In this document: positions 1 to 11,070 of the stretch, piece after piece
How the letters are laid out: each line of letters starts with the position of its first letter
Position numbering within the stretch: position 1 is the first letter of the stretch
NCBI RefSeq assembly: GCF_023055435.1
Contig: NW_025964223.1
Location: 23,746,001 to 23,810,000, forward strand
Direction: 5' to 3'
DNA length: 64,000 bases
Source: Haliotis rufescens
Taxonomy: Eukaryota
Notes under the pieces: model-generated
Seen by the model: only the letters and a program-made list of their open reading frames with translations
Told to the model about the DNA's origin: nothing
Databases searched by the model: none
Position numbers and translations under genes: made by a program

Positions 1-650
1 AGAAGTCATTTTCCACTTGAAACCATCAATGCGTTATTTTACATCAAATGTAAATATGAAATGTAGATTATGCAATAAATTTAATGAGAATGTCCAACAC
101 ATTGTCAGTGGATGCCCAGCTTGGGCACAAACACAGTATTACATGAAGGAGTGGCTCGATCCTTTTGTTACCGTCTTTGCCATGCTTGTGGTTTTGACAC
201 AGAGGTAAATCCATGGTACGACCCAGAATATGTTGAGGGCGTCATTGAAAATGAAAAATACAATATTCTTTGGAATAGGCCAATATACAGTCTCAGGCGT
301 ATCAAGGCCAACAAACCTGAGCTTGTCCTTTTTTATGAATCCAAGGAAATCATTTATATTATTGAATTTTCTGTCCCTTTTGACACTAATGTGATTGACA
401 AGATTCAGGAAAACCATGGCAATTATGAAGACCTCGCTTTCGAAATGTCACGCTTGAATCCCAAGTACCAAGCTGTCCGACTCCCCATTGTTGTCGGTGG
501 CTTAGGTTTGGTACCTCCCCCTCTGTTGACTGATGTTGGGGTAGTACCCGGGTTTGCTACCAGGAATACAATCCTTCTGACAATATGGGTAATGCTGCAG
601 TCGCGTGGAGTTTTTAAGCTATCAATAATAATAATAATAATAATAATACA
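1..650 (+). mobile_element. 3' end of a decayed RLE-type non-LTR retrotransposon (R4/NeSL-like)
   Basis: CCHC knuckle CRLCNKFNENVQHIVSGC followed, after a frameshift, by a restriction-like endonuclease motif (WNRPI...NKPELVL...IIEFSVP...K...Y..L...LPIVVGGLG). A (TAA)n tract lies at ~623-647. Confidence 0.75.
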
Positions 651-1410
651 TCTAGTACTGTTACTAAGGTAGCCGTTACTTCAGTCAGCTACAGTTTGCC
701 TGTCCCGGACTCAATTATTTACAGGCCGTCATGATAAAGTTTTCCTGACTGCAGTGAAAAAACATGTATTGCAATAAATAGCACATCTGCCATTGATATT
801 TGTACATAACGTCTACCATGTCCACTAATAATGATGATGATGAGACTACTGCCACTGCTCTGTTTCAGTTATAATACGGCGTATCAGCTTCGTGTGGGAG
901 GAAAACCCGAAGTGATGCAGGTCTCAGAAGTTTACTACTTTGGTGAAACCCAAGAGCACGGGTATGGTGCTGACAAACCCAGAAACATAATCAGGGCGAA
1001 CTGGCATTCTAACCAACAATCATGGGTTTCTGGCAAACCCGAACGGACAGCAGCTCTCGAATTGGAGCGCCTTTGACGACATGGCTGTCTATTGATCCTG
1101 CTTTGACCGTAACTACTGCCACCATCACAATGATCACGAATACATGCCGCACACACCGATTGAAACATGTGCAACAGACGGAATATGCAGCACATGACGA
1201 ATAGCATGAACTTCGTTCGCTGAATGTCATTAGATAAGCACCTGAACCGATTTAAAGTCCCCACACAGACACAAGTACAACGTGCAGCAGGTGGACACGC
1301 GGTAAACCACGAGCAGTTGCATCAGTGATTGATTTATGTATTACATAAAGCCATCCTGGGTCACACACAACACGACCAAAAATATATCAAATTTTGATTA
1401 GTAATATGTA

Positions 1411-1659
1411 ATTGTGTTTGTTTGTTAGTTGTTTAACGCCGCACTTACCAATATTCCACCTATATGACAGCGGTCTGTAAATAATCGAGTGTGGACCAGA
1501 CAATCAAGTGATTGATATCATGGGCATCTATCTACGCAATTAGGATACGATGACATGCATCAACCAAGTTAGCGAGCCTGATCAACCGATCCTGATAGTC
1601 GCCTTTTACGGCAAGCATGGATTGCTGAAGAACTATTCTACCCCGGATCTTTACGGGTT
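1411..1659 (-). mobile_element. SINE-like family C (non-tRNA head gacccgtgaagatc..gggtagaatag)
   Basis: TSD taatatgta; homologous to 15714-15980; shares its 3' end with families A and B. Confidence 0.8.
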
Positions 1660-3277
1660 TAATATGTAGTAGATCACACACCATTTGCTGATTCAAAGAA
1701 CGAATCGAAGAAAGTCATTGAGCTTGATTTAAAGGTATTGTAGTGACACTATGGTGGATGGGAGGAGAGGAAGTGAAATGGAGTTTTATGGCGCGGTCAA
1801 GATGTGTGTATGTGTCTGTGTGTGTCTGATCTGTCTATGTGTGTTTGTCTGTCTGTCTGTTCTAGTCCGAACCAAAGCCGTTTGATAGTGTTGCCCACTG
1901 TGATACCATGCCCCTGGTAAACATGGATACCCCCCCAGCTAACACGAAAATGTTATAAAAACATCCCCAAAACATTTCACAAAACGTCCCGGAAATATTT
2001 TTTAAAATGTTTTATTCGCATGATTATTTCAGAAACATTTTCTATACACATTTGGTTATGACGTTTCAAAAATGTTTTTGTAAAATATTTCAGAAATGCT
2101 TTTGAAAAAGTTTTATTCACGTGATTTTGAATGGTTCCAGAAACGTTTCGTTCTGGCAAAATATTTCTGCAACGTGTTGAAAACATTGTTATTGTTGTTA
2201 CATTAATTAGTTTCGCCCATGTTATACCATGATGTTCTTGAGAAAAAAATTGAAAACATTTCAATATCATTTTGAATAGAAACACATGATTATAATGCTA
2301 TCATGGTTTTTTTTCAGAAATATATCAACAGACTCGGCAAGAGTAAAAAACGACATCCAAATCTTGGGTATTTTGTTTATGGTGATAAAAGTTAAAACAT
2401 ATATATGCAATTTATCATATAATGGGTAGGTTTCTCGGCAGGATAAAGCCAACGGATAAAAACGATATCCGTTGGGGTCATATGCGGATAGAGATGCAAA
2501 TATCAAAGGTCAAGTAGGGACTACTTTCACTTTTTATAAACAAACATGGCGTCGCACTCGTCATTCGGCGATCGAGTCAGAATTAACCATCGGGAATCTG
2601 GATTAACTACAGCGATAATTGCTATCATTATCAAAAGAACAGTCTAATATACTGAAAATCTGTGTCTCTCTGTGACGCTGCTAAGGCATTTTATAAGTTT
2701 TGGCAACTTTCGAGATATAAATTTCGAAACAATTTGGCGAGGGCACGAGGCCTAGCCAAGCGGGATCAGTAGCCTTATCTGTGCTTGTAGACCTCTACGG
2801 CTTGAAACCTTCTCCACAAATTAAAATAGTTGGATTTGACGGGAATATGTTTGAATTGTTACCTTGTTTCGTTTTGTCGCTGTGTGTACATCTGAGTACA
2901 CTTCTTATCGTTTTGACAGGACAGACCGACTGTCAACAACGTCTGACCGCGGCCGTGACGTCTCATAGACTAGGGTTAGAGTAGCTTCCCTTTGACAAAG
3001 GGCAGTTACTCTAGCGGACAGACCGATGGATTGCCGCGAAAGGCAATTAAAAACAATTGTTGTTCTGCGTATATGTTGCTTCGCCACTGTATAAGAAACA
3101 GATTTCAGTTGGAACTATATTGGCTACTGTCACTGTCCGACTAACACATCACTCACCCTGTGACGTAATAAATATTAATGCGCGCATTCCAGGAAAACTC
3201 GCAATGTTTCGGTAATGTTTCTGAGAGAGGGAAAGCGATTTTGAAGCACAGAATTAAAGAATGACATTATATGATAA

Positions 3278-3430
3278 AGAGGTTATTACGCTTGTGTGTT
3301 TGGGGATGGTAAATATCCTGAATTAGGAATAAACACTATGTATTTAGCTCGCCAAGGCTCGCTAAAATACAATGTTTATTCCTAATGCAGGATATTTACC
3401 ATCCCCAAACACACTCGCGGGATAACCTCT
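3278..3430. repeat. Long imperfect palindrome (~70-bp arms)
   Basis: gtgtgtttggggatggtaaatatcctgaattaggaataaaca ... tgtttattcctaatgcaggatatttaccatccccaaacacac. Confidence 0.9.
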
Positions 3431-4452
3431 ATATACAACGTATGGTCACCTACTAAGATAAGTTTATGGATCTCAAAGATTTTCACAAGAGAAACAATTA
3501 ATTTTATCTTTGCAGGATAAAATGGTTTATTTCAGTTGGGCAATCCTGGGATAGGTGACCCATCATTTAAGTTGTGCACTATGATATTTATGTTGCAGGC
3601 TAAGGGAGGTTATTATTATTATTATTAGGGAAGCTATAATTTTACATTACAGGCCGGCTCCCATGAGATTAGTAGCATGGCAAAGTTTACAAAATGAATA
3701 CTTGCTGTCATCTTTGCAAGTTTACAAAATGTATTCTTTGCATCTGACTGAGATACCTGTAGGAATATTACTCAGTCACGCATTTAAGCGATTCATTTTC
3801 GGTCACCAGTTCTTTGTCGACTTAATTGCAATCAGTGGGTCTTGCGGAAGGAAGGTTATTCAGTAAGGTAAATGTAGTAATCCCATACACTCATCATTAA
3901 TTAATATTAATCAAACGGAAATATAAAATTAAATTATGGAAAACTTTCTAAAGAATAGTTTTAATTTTCCGCACAGTACTTGATATATGTCGGTTTTATA
4001 GTGCTAGCACTCTGAGACAGAATGCTGCAGTTTGCCATGGATACACCACTCACACAAATCACCCTGATTCCCAGTTGACAAGTCTTGTTTTCACCCCCTT
4101 ACCCAAGTGTAACAGTATTTACAATCTTTCAACGTCTTTTGGTATGACACGGCCAAATCATGCCATTTGTTATTCTTACTATACATTTCGCTTCATCCAC
4201 GTATCTGCTTGTTATCTATTACCGTTGTTGTCAAAGATAATCTGTGGCTGTCATCACTTGGTTGTTGTCCCTCCAGCTTGATAACGTTGGAAGATCCCAC
4301 ATCTAAACGTTGCATAAATTCAATAAACCGCATTCTTACATGGAAACGCCACGAGGACATATCAGCTGGTTGACTAGTCTTGTTTTCACCCCCTTTGTGC
4401 TGAGCACCAGGCAAGGGTAACAAAAAGTACAATCTTTCAACGTCTTTTGATA

Positions 4453-4617
4453 GGGGAGGTCGGGTAGCCTAGTGGTTGAAGCGTTCGCTCGTCACGCCGA
4501 AGACCCGGGTTCGATTCCCGACATGGGTACAATGTGTGGAGCCCATTTCTGGTGTCCCCCGCCGTGATATTGCTGGAATATTGCTAAAAGCGGCGTAAAA
4601 CCATACTCACTCACTCA
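4453..4617 (+). mobile_element. SINE family A (tRNA-Asp-like head, (ACTC)n tail)
   Basis: A box tagcctagtgg, B box ggttcgattcc; TSD cttttgata; the paralogous empty site is at ~16697. Confidence 0.9.
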
Positions 4618-5339
4618 CTTTTGATATGAAATGGCCAAGGCATCGAACCACCGACCTCCCGCTCTCAGGGCACTACACCACGAAGGCGGGGACAAAAGTT
4701 CCCCCTACATTTATACCGTGTTCAAGTGTAGTAATCTTGGTGATATCGCTCTTAAACGTCCGCTGCTATCTATTCAGCACTCTTACTTCCTATTAAAAAA
4801 AATTATGATTGGGCAGTACCGTGGTGTTTAAGCAATTAATGTTTAAAAACGGATTTATGTGATGAAACATGACCAGTTCAAAACATGTCGTGAAGAATGA
4901 ATATAAGCTCAGGGACAAAAGAAAGTATACCGTGTTTGCTTTTTATGTAATTTAAAATTAACAGAATGTTTTCAAATGTGATTGGGTCTATTCCACCATC
5001 AGTCGTTCCTACAGCAGTTTGTAAAACGTTATCTGTGACAGGGTAATTTTAACTGAATTGAATTAAACATGAATTGGTTCAATGAAGACAAGGATCAGAA
5101 ATGATTTGCAACCACATGACCCCAACCATGTTTGAGTGAGTGAGTGAGTTGGGTTTAACGCCGCTTTTAACAGTATTCCAGTTATATCGCGGCGTGTCAG
5201 CTTAGTGTAGGAGGAAAGCCCGAAGTGAAGCAGGTATCTAGTATCTATCCTTTCATATATACAATATCCTACAAGAATCGATACCAACTATCAGTTTCAT
5301 TTTCTAGTTCAGTGAGTCACCATACCGTAGGAATCACTG

Positions 5340-5342
<3 letters not shown>

Positions 5343-5414
<72 letters not shown>
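5343..5414. repeat. (CA)n microsatellite
   Basis: Direct reading; paralogue at 17692-17761. Confidence 0.95.
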
Positions 5415-5418
<4 letters not shown>

Positions 5419-5899
5419 CACGGGTGACCTGATCCCGCTGGTCTCAAAGCTATAACAGCTGGTGTTTCGGGTGCTGAACCCCACAGGGCACACCTACATT
5501 AACATAGGTGTTCTTCAACTCACTCACTCAACGAAAAACCAACCACTCACTCAACGAAAATCCGTTCACCATCTCACTCACTTAAACGAAAAGTCCAACT
5601 CACTCAACGAAAATACATCCATCCACTCCCTCACTGAAACTAAAGCCTACCTACGTGACTATAGGATAATTTCCACCTGAGGTTTTCATATAAAAATCAA
5701 TTTGGTTCAAACGTTGCATGATGCGAACATTGTGCTGATAAGATTGGGAATTTAACCTTTAAAAGTAAAATGAGTGTTTCTTGTAATATTCAAATCTTGA
5801 ATGTTTGTAACTATCTCTTAACTGGCATTTAAAGTACATGAATTTCAAATGAGAGCTTTATGTGGATTTGAATTGGGTACTACCTGGCATGACGAGCAT

Positions 5900-6095
5900 T
5901 AACTACTTACAACAACCCGGTGCATAGCACATGCCATTTGAACAGATCATAAAATCATAGTTTACAAATCGATTAAGGAGCTATATATTACTTGAACTAT
6001 TTTACATTGGCTTGTGTAATGTATAAATACGGCGATTTCAAACCATTCGATACTTTGATCCTGTTCGGAAAAGAAGCTCCAACTTTTGTATCAAG
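5900..6095 (+). promoter_or_regulatory. Conserved TATA-box core promoter and 5'UTR of the Kazal genes (K1 shown)
   Basis: TATAAA lies ~73-75 nt upstream of the ATG in the intact copies (~10 nt less in K2): + strand 6022, 18352, 28201, 37977, 47278, 56660; - strand 15453-58, 26312-17 (CATAAA), 35719-24, 45017-22, 54396-401, 63902-07. Upstream blocks aactact..caacccggtgc and aaatcga..aggagctatatattacttgaa are shared, with variation, by both orientations. Confidence 0.75.
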
Positions 6096-8159
6096 ATGAA
6101 GGCTGCTGTTATTCTTGCTGTTCTTGCTGCAGTGCTGTGCGGTGAGTTAAATTCTTTTCCATCTGCTGCCTTTTGTGTGATGGCCATCATGTGCCTCACT
6201 CTATAATGTGGAGCCGTATCACTCTGGGTACATGTGATTTTATGCATCCCTCGTTAGGTATTATAAAACCACATGTTCCGAGTGATCCTGCTACAACGGA
6301 TTTTTTAATATGACATTGTAAAAGAATGAAAACAAATGCAAAATTGATAGAACACAGATGTTCGATTGAGCTGAGGTTAACGTGTGCTAGATCATGTGAC
6401 TTTACATTTACTCGATAAAGGCGTACGGTCTTCCGCTTCGAAGCGGGGTGTAAGGGATTTATTCTTACTCTTAGAAATCCACGTGCTGTCTTTTATGGTC
6501 GTGGCGGGGTATAAGGGATTTATTCTCCCTCTCGGCAATACACGTGCAGTCGGTGTCCTTTGTGGCGGGGTACAAGGGATTGATTCTCCCGCTGAGAAAT
6601 GTATTTCACTCCAAGGCGGGATACACAGTATTTTCTCAAGATCAGATCTCATCATTCTGAAATGGAGGTATGAAGGTGTAATCCGAAGTATGACATTGTT
6701 ACTTCCGCGAAACGTTCTTTTGAATTTCAGATTAATTCTGATTTCCATCCATTGGTTTTCAGCATCACACCCGTGCTTGTTGGTTTCAGGAGAAGCAAAC
6801 ACAAAATTTGCTTTCAAAGTGTCAGCAAAGGTATTCTGTGTAGAACCTATTCATTGCAACAGCCTAGTGCTTGCGTCCCTGGTTAGGTTTTATAAAATCA
6901 CATGTACCGAATCATCCTACCACAACAAAAAGTGTAATATAACATTGTAAAAGAACAAAAACAAATGCAAAATTGGTAGAACACAGCTGTTCGATTGAGC
7001 CGAGGTAAACGTATGCTATGTCATGTGACGTGCATTGACTCGGAAAAAGCGTACGGCTTTTCGCTTCAACGCGGGGTGTAAGGGATTTATTCCGCCTTTC
7101 CCTAATCCTCATGTGGTCTGTCTTGGTCGTGGAGCTATGATAATAGAATTTATACTTTACTTAGAAAGTGTAATGCGAAGTGTGACATTGTTACATCCGC
7201 GAAACGTTGTTTTGAATTTCAGATAAGTTCTGATTTCGAGTTTTTGGTTTTCAGCATCACACCCGAGCTTGTTGGTTTCAGGAGGACTCGACCGCGTCCT
7301 TATGAAGCAAACACAAAATGTGCATTTAAAGTGTCGGTCAAGGTATACTGTGTAGAACCTATTCATTGCAACAGCCTAGTGCTTCCCGAGGGACTTGTGA
7401 CGGATAGACATGTCATTCTTCCCCTAATCTCTCTTCACAGCCAGCACTGTCAATTGTGACTGCATTTGTTCCCGCATCCTTGACCCAGTCTGTGACACCG
7501 CCGGCAACTACTACGACAACGCGTGCCTGTTGAACTGCGTTGAGTAAGTATATCAATGACTATTTTTACAGAAATCCTTCACATAATTTCATTTGGCACT
7601 AAGAGTATCGAATCAAAGTAGAATTCATCCCGATTATAACAGGTTAAGAATATAGTGATTAATCACTCACAAAACCGTAATTAATCCCATTTTGCGGTTT
7701 GATTGTTAATGTGAAAATGTAAAGTGATAACATCAGCCGTCGCCCTTTTGTCCTTTTGTTGTATATGATCATGGTAAATACATAAATATTATCTCCATGA
7801 TCTGGACAGTCACTGACATTACGTCCATTTCCCCATTATGTCATGTGCATATAATTGTTCACTTTGGCGGCATAAACATGTATTCAATAGACTAATGCAG
7901 GGAAGTCAATAAGCAGGGCAACATGTTTGGGGATTTTTCTCGTGTCTGCAGATCCAATCGCTTAGATTGAGTTCAATGAAACGACACTTTTATCAATACA
8001 TAATGTTATGTATTCTAGCTACATTAAAGGAAATGTACCAGTAGCACCAATTCCTCATTCGTGACTCACGATGGATCTTCACTTTGCAGGGGTGCCGTCT
8101 TGGCCGCAGAAGGCGCCTACACCGTCAGTGCCAACTCTTGCGTTGCTGCCAGGAAGTAG
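6096..8159 (+). CDS. K1: secreted single-domain Kazal-type protease inhibitor precursor, 72 aa, 3 exons
   Basis: Exons 6096-6141, 7441-7543, 8090-8159; GT-AG introns of phase 1 and 2. Translation MKAAVILAVLAAVLCASTVNCDCICSRILDPVCDTAGNYYDNACLLNCVEGAVLAAEGAYTVSANSCVAARK*. Hydrophobic signal peptide, Kazal Cys pattern, TATAAA at 6022, AATAAA at 8227. Confidence 0.9.
6441..6640 (+). repeat. Degenerate ~60-bp minisatellite in K1 intron 1 (also K3, 18731-18925)
   Basis: Core gcggggt(g/a)(t/c)aagggatt(t/g)attct at ~6442, 6504 and 6565, with a weaker copy at 6616. Confidence 0.75.
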
Positions 8160-8232
8160 ATGACCATCACCTTCACCTTTGACAAAATGGAGCTTCCCCG
8201 ACCACAGAAGCACATATTGCTTGAGCAATAAA
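8160..8232 (+). terminator. Conserved 3'UTR with AATAAA polyadenylation signal (K1 shown)
   Basis: AATAAA at 8227-8232, ~68 nt after the stop. The same UTR and hexamer occur in the paralogues, with variants in K2 and K8. Confidence 0.75.
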
Positions 8233-8802
8233 ATTTAGAAGCAATCCATCTGGTCATGTCTATATTTCTGATTTTATTAATACTGATGGCTGTCCACAGG
8301 ATTAGATACAAAACATGTAATTTTGAACTGAGCCATCATTCGATACGACAGAATGTGCTTTTGGCTGATAACTTGCACAGAAAAAGGTCAACACATGTGT
8401 CTCTGTGGGGATAGGCTGAATATATCACACATCTGTTTGCGATTATGCAAGCTTATTTGAAAATGTAAGTGGACTATATTTCCCTTGCACAGTCGAAATG
8501 AGGGGTGGGGGGGGGAGGTGGGGGGGGGGGGGGGGGGTGCAGTTATAAGGCGAAAGCCTTCCCTCCACACAGGAGCATACCGAAGAACATCACGGTAGCC
8601 CGTTCAACTACTGATCAAAGTGTATTGCAGTCTCAACTCCTTAGTATACATCCCTGATGCCGCCAATAATGTGATACAATTAATGGTGCAAGGTATATAA
8701 GCCCTGATGGCTAAATACACTGTAAAGTCTTGGAGGAAAATATGTATACATTTAAAGGGTTGATTATTCACCAATCAACCCAGACTGGATACGACAAGGG
8801 AG

Positions 8803-9076
8803 GGAGTGAGTGAGTTGGGTTTACCGCCGCTTTTAACATTATTCCAGTTATATCATGACGTGCCAGCTAAATGTGGGAGGAGAGTGATGCAGGTCTCAGA
8901 CGTTTACCACTTCGGTGAAATCCACGAGCATGGGTATGGTGCTGACAAACCTAGAAACATAATCGGGGCGAACCGGGAATCGAACCGGCAGTCAGCTTTC
9001 TGGCGTGCCCAAGGGACGGACGCAACACTGCACAGCGAATCACGGCACCGTAGACGACTGGGCCACCCATACCCCC
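8803..9076 (-). mobile_element. SINE family B
   Basis: Reverse complement of the 30601 element, flanked by acaaggga repeats; empty site at ~20527. Confidence 0.8.
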
Positions 9077-9435
9077 GTAACAAGGGAAGGGCAGTACAGA
9101 CTTCAGAGTATACTTGACAATGGCCCTGTTCTGCCACCATTGTTTCCACCCAATCCTCATTCAGTCTCCTCATTCAACACGCATGAATACAGGTGGGCGC
9201 ACGTAAATACAATCTTGACTTTGTATTTACATATCATGTATATTTCCCTCAAATAGGGAGTCAACCAACTTTGTGGAGATAGTGGATAGAGCGTCTGCCC
9301 AGAGTGAGAGAGGTGGAGGGAGGGAGGGGGCAGAAGGAGAGAGAGAGGTGATTCGATCCCATATCAAGAGACGTACAAACACATTTCAGTGTGCCAGCAC
9401 TAAACACCGGCATACGCCCGGACTAGTACAAGCAC

Positions 9436-9436
<1 letters not shown>

Positions 9437-9491
<55 letters not shown>
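9437..9491. repeat. (CA)n microsatellite
   Basis: Direct reading. Confidence 0.95.
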
Positions 9492-9494
<3 letters not shown>

Positions 9495-10489
9495 ACGCGG
9501 ATTCATACAGTTTGCACATCGGTATTTCTGTTCATACCTAAATGAACCGAAAAAGATCACCAGTCAATACTTACAATCAAATTCGACAACGAAATGTTTT
9601 AACTACTATATTTTAACAAAAACAGTTGTTTTGACAATGAATATGCACGTGTTTCGCTTAATGTCCTGTGACGTGAGCAGAAAGGGACTTCCCTCGACTG
9701 TAATTTTGGGATTCCCCGACATTCCAATAAAAGTTGTCTGCCTCGGTGGGCGTGGACTAATTTTTTACATTCATTGGGAAACAGACTTGCCTTTTGTGTG
9801 TTTGTGACGGGTGCCGCCGATGAGACAGGGTACTTTCACCTTTTCGCGAACACCTGGTATCATAACTATTTTAATATTTAATGTTCAATATGAATATTCC
9901 AAATGTGAAAGGTAAGGCACCACTGTTCATGCGAGTATTGTGTGCAAGAATGACTCAGGTTATGTTCGGTGCACAGGTTTATCCAAGTCTCCACATCTAT
10001 GATATTCAAACTATTCATTTTCTATCTGTTGCATTTTGTTATCAGTATATATTCGGATTTTGGACAACAGGTCACACAAAATGTTACATATGAATCAGAT
10101 TCATTTTCATCCAGCTCATAATCGTACACAGTCTGGAGGTATCCCCTCTGAATTTTGTGTAACGAAGCTCTTAATTGGCATTTCTGCAATCAAATTAGCT
10201 ACAGTCCGCATCAGACTACAGATATGTGACTGCTTATATATGGGCCAGTATATGTTTAAGAAAGATAACATTACCACACAACTTGTGGAATATACTTTTA
10301 TTTAACAGATTCTGAAAGAAAACGATCGGCACTTTACATGTGTATGAAATATATGTCCATAATCACAGATACTGATACATACACAATCATTACATATCGC
10401 TCGCATATTATCCTATATGACACAAACTACACAAGTTGTACAACATAAGATGCTGGGTTTACATCAGACATGAGCCCTGTCTACCCAGC

Positions 10490-11070
10490 AACAAGGCCCA
10501 CAATCGTGTTCAGTCTACTGTGGCATCCCTTCATATGGTTGGTGGCGAAAAGGTTTCAAGCCAGTCGTGCCATTGACCCTTCTACCCACAGCTTGATGAC
10601 ATAGTCAGCCAACTTAGACACAGTTTATGTATGTGTTGGCGGTTCATTAATGGTTGCAATCCATAGATCATCTTCAAGATTGAATAGCACCAACGCAATG
10701 TTCGCAAATCGGTACACTTCTTCATCATTCTTGTGGGGCGGTCGGGTAGCTTAGTGGTTAAAGCGCTCGCTCGTCACGCCGAAGACCCGGGTTCTATTCC
10801 CGACATGGGTACAATGTGTGAAACCCATTTCACGGTGTCTCCCGCCGTGATATTGCTGGAATATCGCTAAAAGCGGCGTAAAACCATATTAACTCGCTCA
10901 CTCATCATTCTTGTATAGTGTCTGGGGCTGAGTTGCCTAAACGGTTGTATGTTGTCTCTTCGCTTGTCAGGAAGTAGGCATACAGAAAAATCACACCATC
11001 TGTAGGAGCATAGATCGTGTGGAGCTGGTAAAAGAGATGGACAGAACTGGAATGTTCCATCCCCGAACCG
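10490..11070 (-). mobile_element. Decayed, internally deleted Mutator-like (MULE) transposase fragment
   Basis: Minus-strand translation gives GDGTFQFCP/LFYQLHTIYA...TYNRL and DYV..LW...TNHMKGCHSRLN, matching the MULE DGTF..P..F.QLYTIH and TNN..EGWH..LN motifs. Contains frameshifts and stops. Confidence 0.7.
10735..10901 (+). mobile_element. SINE family A
   Basis: Same sequence as the 4453 copy; 13-bp TSD tcatcattcttgt; inserted in a MULE remnant. Confidence 0.9.

Noticed and set aside
1935-2330. AT-rich region with recurring aaaacatt/aatgtttt motifs
   Set aside because: Probably one arm of a non-autonomous DNA element, but no second terminus or TSD could be identified, so it is not called.
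4453-4530. tRNA-Asp-like sequence (also 10735, 25473)
   Set aside because: It is the head of a SINE with a body, tail and TSDs, and the cloverleaf stems are imperfect. Not a tRNA gene.
5225-5455. HTHT.., VCVC.., ERER.. and SHHVTS.. ORFs (also 9273, 13836, 17619, 23087-24314)
   Set aside because: Translations of microsatellites.
5746-5757. gggaatttaacc as an NF-kB site upstream of K1/K3
   Set aside because: Imperfect match and not seen upstream of the other ten copies.
6441-6640. Repeat-spacer-like pattern resembling a CRISPR array
   Set aside because: The cores are degenerate, the linkers are related to each other, it lies in a eukaryotic intron and there are no cas genes. It is a minisatellite.
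6384-6950. 188-aa and 141-aa overlapping ORFs
   Set aside because: They lie inside K1 intron 1, are not preserved in the K3 paralogue and show no recognisable motif.
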